Below, piece after piece: positions 52,827 to 54,193 of a stretch of 54,193 nt of DNA. Location of the stretch: assembly GCA_037445955.1 (NCBI GenBank), contig JBBIJM010000006.1, positions 1-54,193 of the forward strand. The letters run 5' to 3'. The stretch's first letter is position 1. Every line of letters begins with the position of its first letter. The DNA is from Syntrophobacterales bacterium (GTDB lineage Bacteria; Desulfobacterota; Syntrophia; Syntrophales; CAMTWB01). A model generated the notes under the pieces. That model had not been told where the DNA came from, searched no databases, and saw nothing but the letters and a program-made list of their open reading frames with translations. Both the position numbers and the translations under genes were made by a program.

Positions 52827-53276
52827 TTAATTAATTTGTTTTTCATCTCTGGGTTTGTTTGTCGCCTCTTCCCTTAAGCCTTGAGCCGGCCTGCAGGCCG
52901 GGCAGATGCCGTAAAGATCCACCTGATCCGCCAGGATTTCATAGCCCCGTGCCGCATCTTCCCCCTCTTCAATGAACCAGCCGACCCTGATATCGACGAT
53001 CTTTTTGCACCGTAGGCACATTAGATGATCATGGGGCGCGGAGTTAGGGTCGAATCTCATCCTGTCCGGATCGACGGTCAGAGGGGCGACCATCCCCTTC
53101 CCCTTAAGGGTATAGAGCGTATTGTAAACCGTCGCCAACGACAGGGTGGGAAACTTCTCCACCAGCGCCAGATAAATGTCCTCCGCCGAGGGATGCGCCT
53201 TGTTTCCCTCCAGATACTCAAGGAGCGCCAGGCGCTGAGGGGTCAATTTTATCTCCAGGTCTCTGTAATTTCTCAT
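52827..53276 (-). CDS. Fur-family transcriptional regulator (PerR-like by context)
   Basis: LTPQRLALLEYL...SAEDIY...LATVYNTL wHTH. HDHLMCLRCKKIVD and CPACR Zn motifs. The track TTG start 53306 lies inside the predicted promoter, so ATG 53276 is preferred. Confidence 0.8.
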   Translation of the reverse strand: MRNYRDLEIKLTPQRLALLEYLEGNKAHPSAEDIYLALVEKFPTLSLATVYNTLYTLKGKGMVAPLTVDPDRMRFDPNSAPHDHLMCLRCKKIVDIRVGWFIEEGEDAARGYEILADQVDLYGICPACRPAQGLREEATNKPRDEKQIN

Positions 53277-53297
53277 TTCTCCATCCGTGAAAGTTAT

Positions 53298-53333
53298 GGA
53301 TAACAATTATCAGATAATAATAATTCTTGTCAA
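53298..53333 (-). promoter_or_regulatory. Promoter with overlapping Fur/PerR-type box (probable autoregulation)
   Basis: Minus strand: TTGACA (53333..53328), 16-nt spacer, GATAAT (53311..53306). TGATAAT-T-GTTATCC resembles the 7-1-7 Fur-type motif TGATAAT-n-ATTATCA. Confidence 0.55.
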
Positions 53334-53416
53334 GAAGTTTTTTCAATTAGGAAGGGACGCCTGTTTTATCTTTAAACCGAGGGCTTTGCAGTATTGCTGA
53401 TCTTGGTCTTTCTTTG

Positions 53417-53630
53417 GGGTCAAATCTTTACGGGCTGTTGCCTAACGGTAACTATCGGTATCACGATCATAGTGAAAACGGCCTTGATAGGCGGAGGGCG
53501 AGCGGAGCCTGAAAGGCCGGGAGAGCCGGTTTACACAGGTGCAAAACAGCGGCGATAGGACCGATGGCCAAAGGCCAAGCGAGCATTAGCGAGCGGTCCG
53601 TCCTGTCAGTAATTTTAAAGACCTGTCCCC
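53417..53630. repeat. MITE-like element with family-2 inverted termini
   Basis: GGGGTCAAATCTTTA (53417..53431) versus the reverse complement of TTTAAAGACCTGTCCCC (53614..53630), which is GGGGACAGGTCTTTAAA. The ~180-bp interior has GCGAGCGG-type motifs. The right terminus is nearly identical to 22192..22210. Confidence 0.6.
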
Positions 53631-53634
53631 CAAG

Positions 53635-54193
53635 CTACCCCAGTTTCACCTCAACGGTATTATCATAGAAGGTGCTGCCGTTTGCACGGTCCGTTAATCG
53701 CTGGGAGGTCAGCGCATTGACGGAGCGGGGCCCAGGAGAGTGCTCAAGCCACCAGATCCCTTCCGCCACCACCACGCCCCGGGGAACTTCCGGGGTGACA
53801 TGCAGACTAAAAGAGACTTCTCCAAGCGAATTGAAGGCAATCACAGGGTCCTTTTCTTTCAGACCTTTTACCGCGGCATCCTCCGGGTTCATTTTAAGCA
53901 CAACACCCCGCTCCTTCTTTCGCAGGTCGCTCCGTTCCCGAAAAGAGGAATTCAGGGCATGGAAACTCGGGGCCGCCATCAGGCGGAAAGGCTCTTTGCC
54001 GCCGTAAGGAGCAATATAGACAGGGAGTGGATAGGGTTCTTTCGGGTTGAGGATTTCGATCCTCCCGGAAGGCGTCCTGAACCTGGATCGGGCGTCAGCC
54101 GGCAGAGGAAGTTCAACAGCCATCCCGGCGGAGAAGGATTTCTGGTCAATGCCCTCTCTCATCGGTGTTGGGATGGAAAGGAGATGGTCAATC
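53635..54193 (-). CDS. C-terminal part of a molybdopterin oxidoreductase (5' end outside window)
   Basis: Molydop_binding-like beta-barrel VVLKMNPEDAAVKGLKEKDPVIAFNSLGEVSFSLHVTPEVPRGVVVAEG. The frame stays open upstream of the track's Met (…IDHLLSIPTPMREG) to the window edge. Confidence 0.7.
   Translation of the reverse strand, partial: IDHLLSIPTPMREGIDQKSFSAGMAVELPLPADARSRFRTPSGRIEILNPKEPYPLPVYIAPYGGKEPFRLMAAPSFHALNSSFRERSDLRKKERGVVLKMNPEDAAVKGLKEKDPVIAFNSLGEVSFSLHVTPEVPRGVVVAEGIWWLEHSPGPRSVNALTSQRLTDRANGSTFYDNTVEVKLG

Overview
High-GC (roughly 58-60 %) chromosomal segment whose gene content fits a strictly anaerobic, probably deltaproteobacterial (Desulfobacterota or syntroph-like) organism. 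I support about 46 protein genes, one tRNA-Phe and several families of short palindromic intergenic repeats. No transposase, integrase, CRISPR array or obvious defence genes are visible. Left to right: a window-truncated spermidine-synthase-like membrane fusion (absent from the ORF track); an AMIN/LysM cell-wall amidase; an MFS transporter; a cbiM-X-cbiQ-cbiO ECF metal-uptake operon with a non-canonical middle gene; an M50 protease; a lipoprotein; a soluble three-gene selenocysteine formate dehydrogenase (NuoE-like, NuoF-like, FdhA with in-frame TGA plus SECIS-like hairpin); a GH57-glycogen synthase fusion; a rhodanese/MauE pair; an MFS plus MOT1/SulP-like transporter pair; a TorD-like chaperone; a multi-GAF class III nucleotide cyclase; tRNA-Phe; RDD-rsmE-prmA; a ten-gene tetrapyrrole cluster encoding the siroheme-dependent (Ahb) heme route and running into polA; a CBS protein; an eight-gene AOR/ferredoxin/HdrD/HdrA/MvhD/NuoE/NuoF/NuoG-like operon colinear with class II (tungsten, ATP-independent) benzoyl-CoA reductase bamBCDEFGHI; a perR-peroxiredoxin-desulfoferrodoxin oxidative-stress operon; and a truncated molybdopterin oxidoreductase at the right edge. 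The most interesting points are the bam-like cluster, the recoded fdhA, the repeat families (one copy sits inside the bam operon, and others supply stop codons or false N-termini to genes), and a near-identical operator-like sequence shared by two distant promoters. I see no clearly unprecedented system. All functional calls rest on motif recognition and synteny read by eye, not on database searches.
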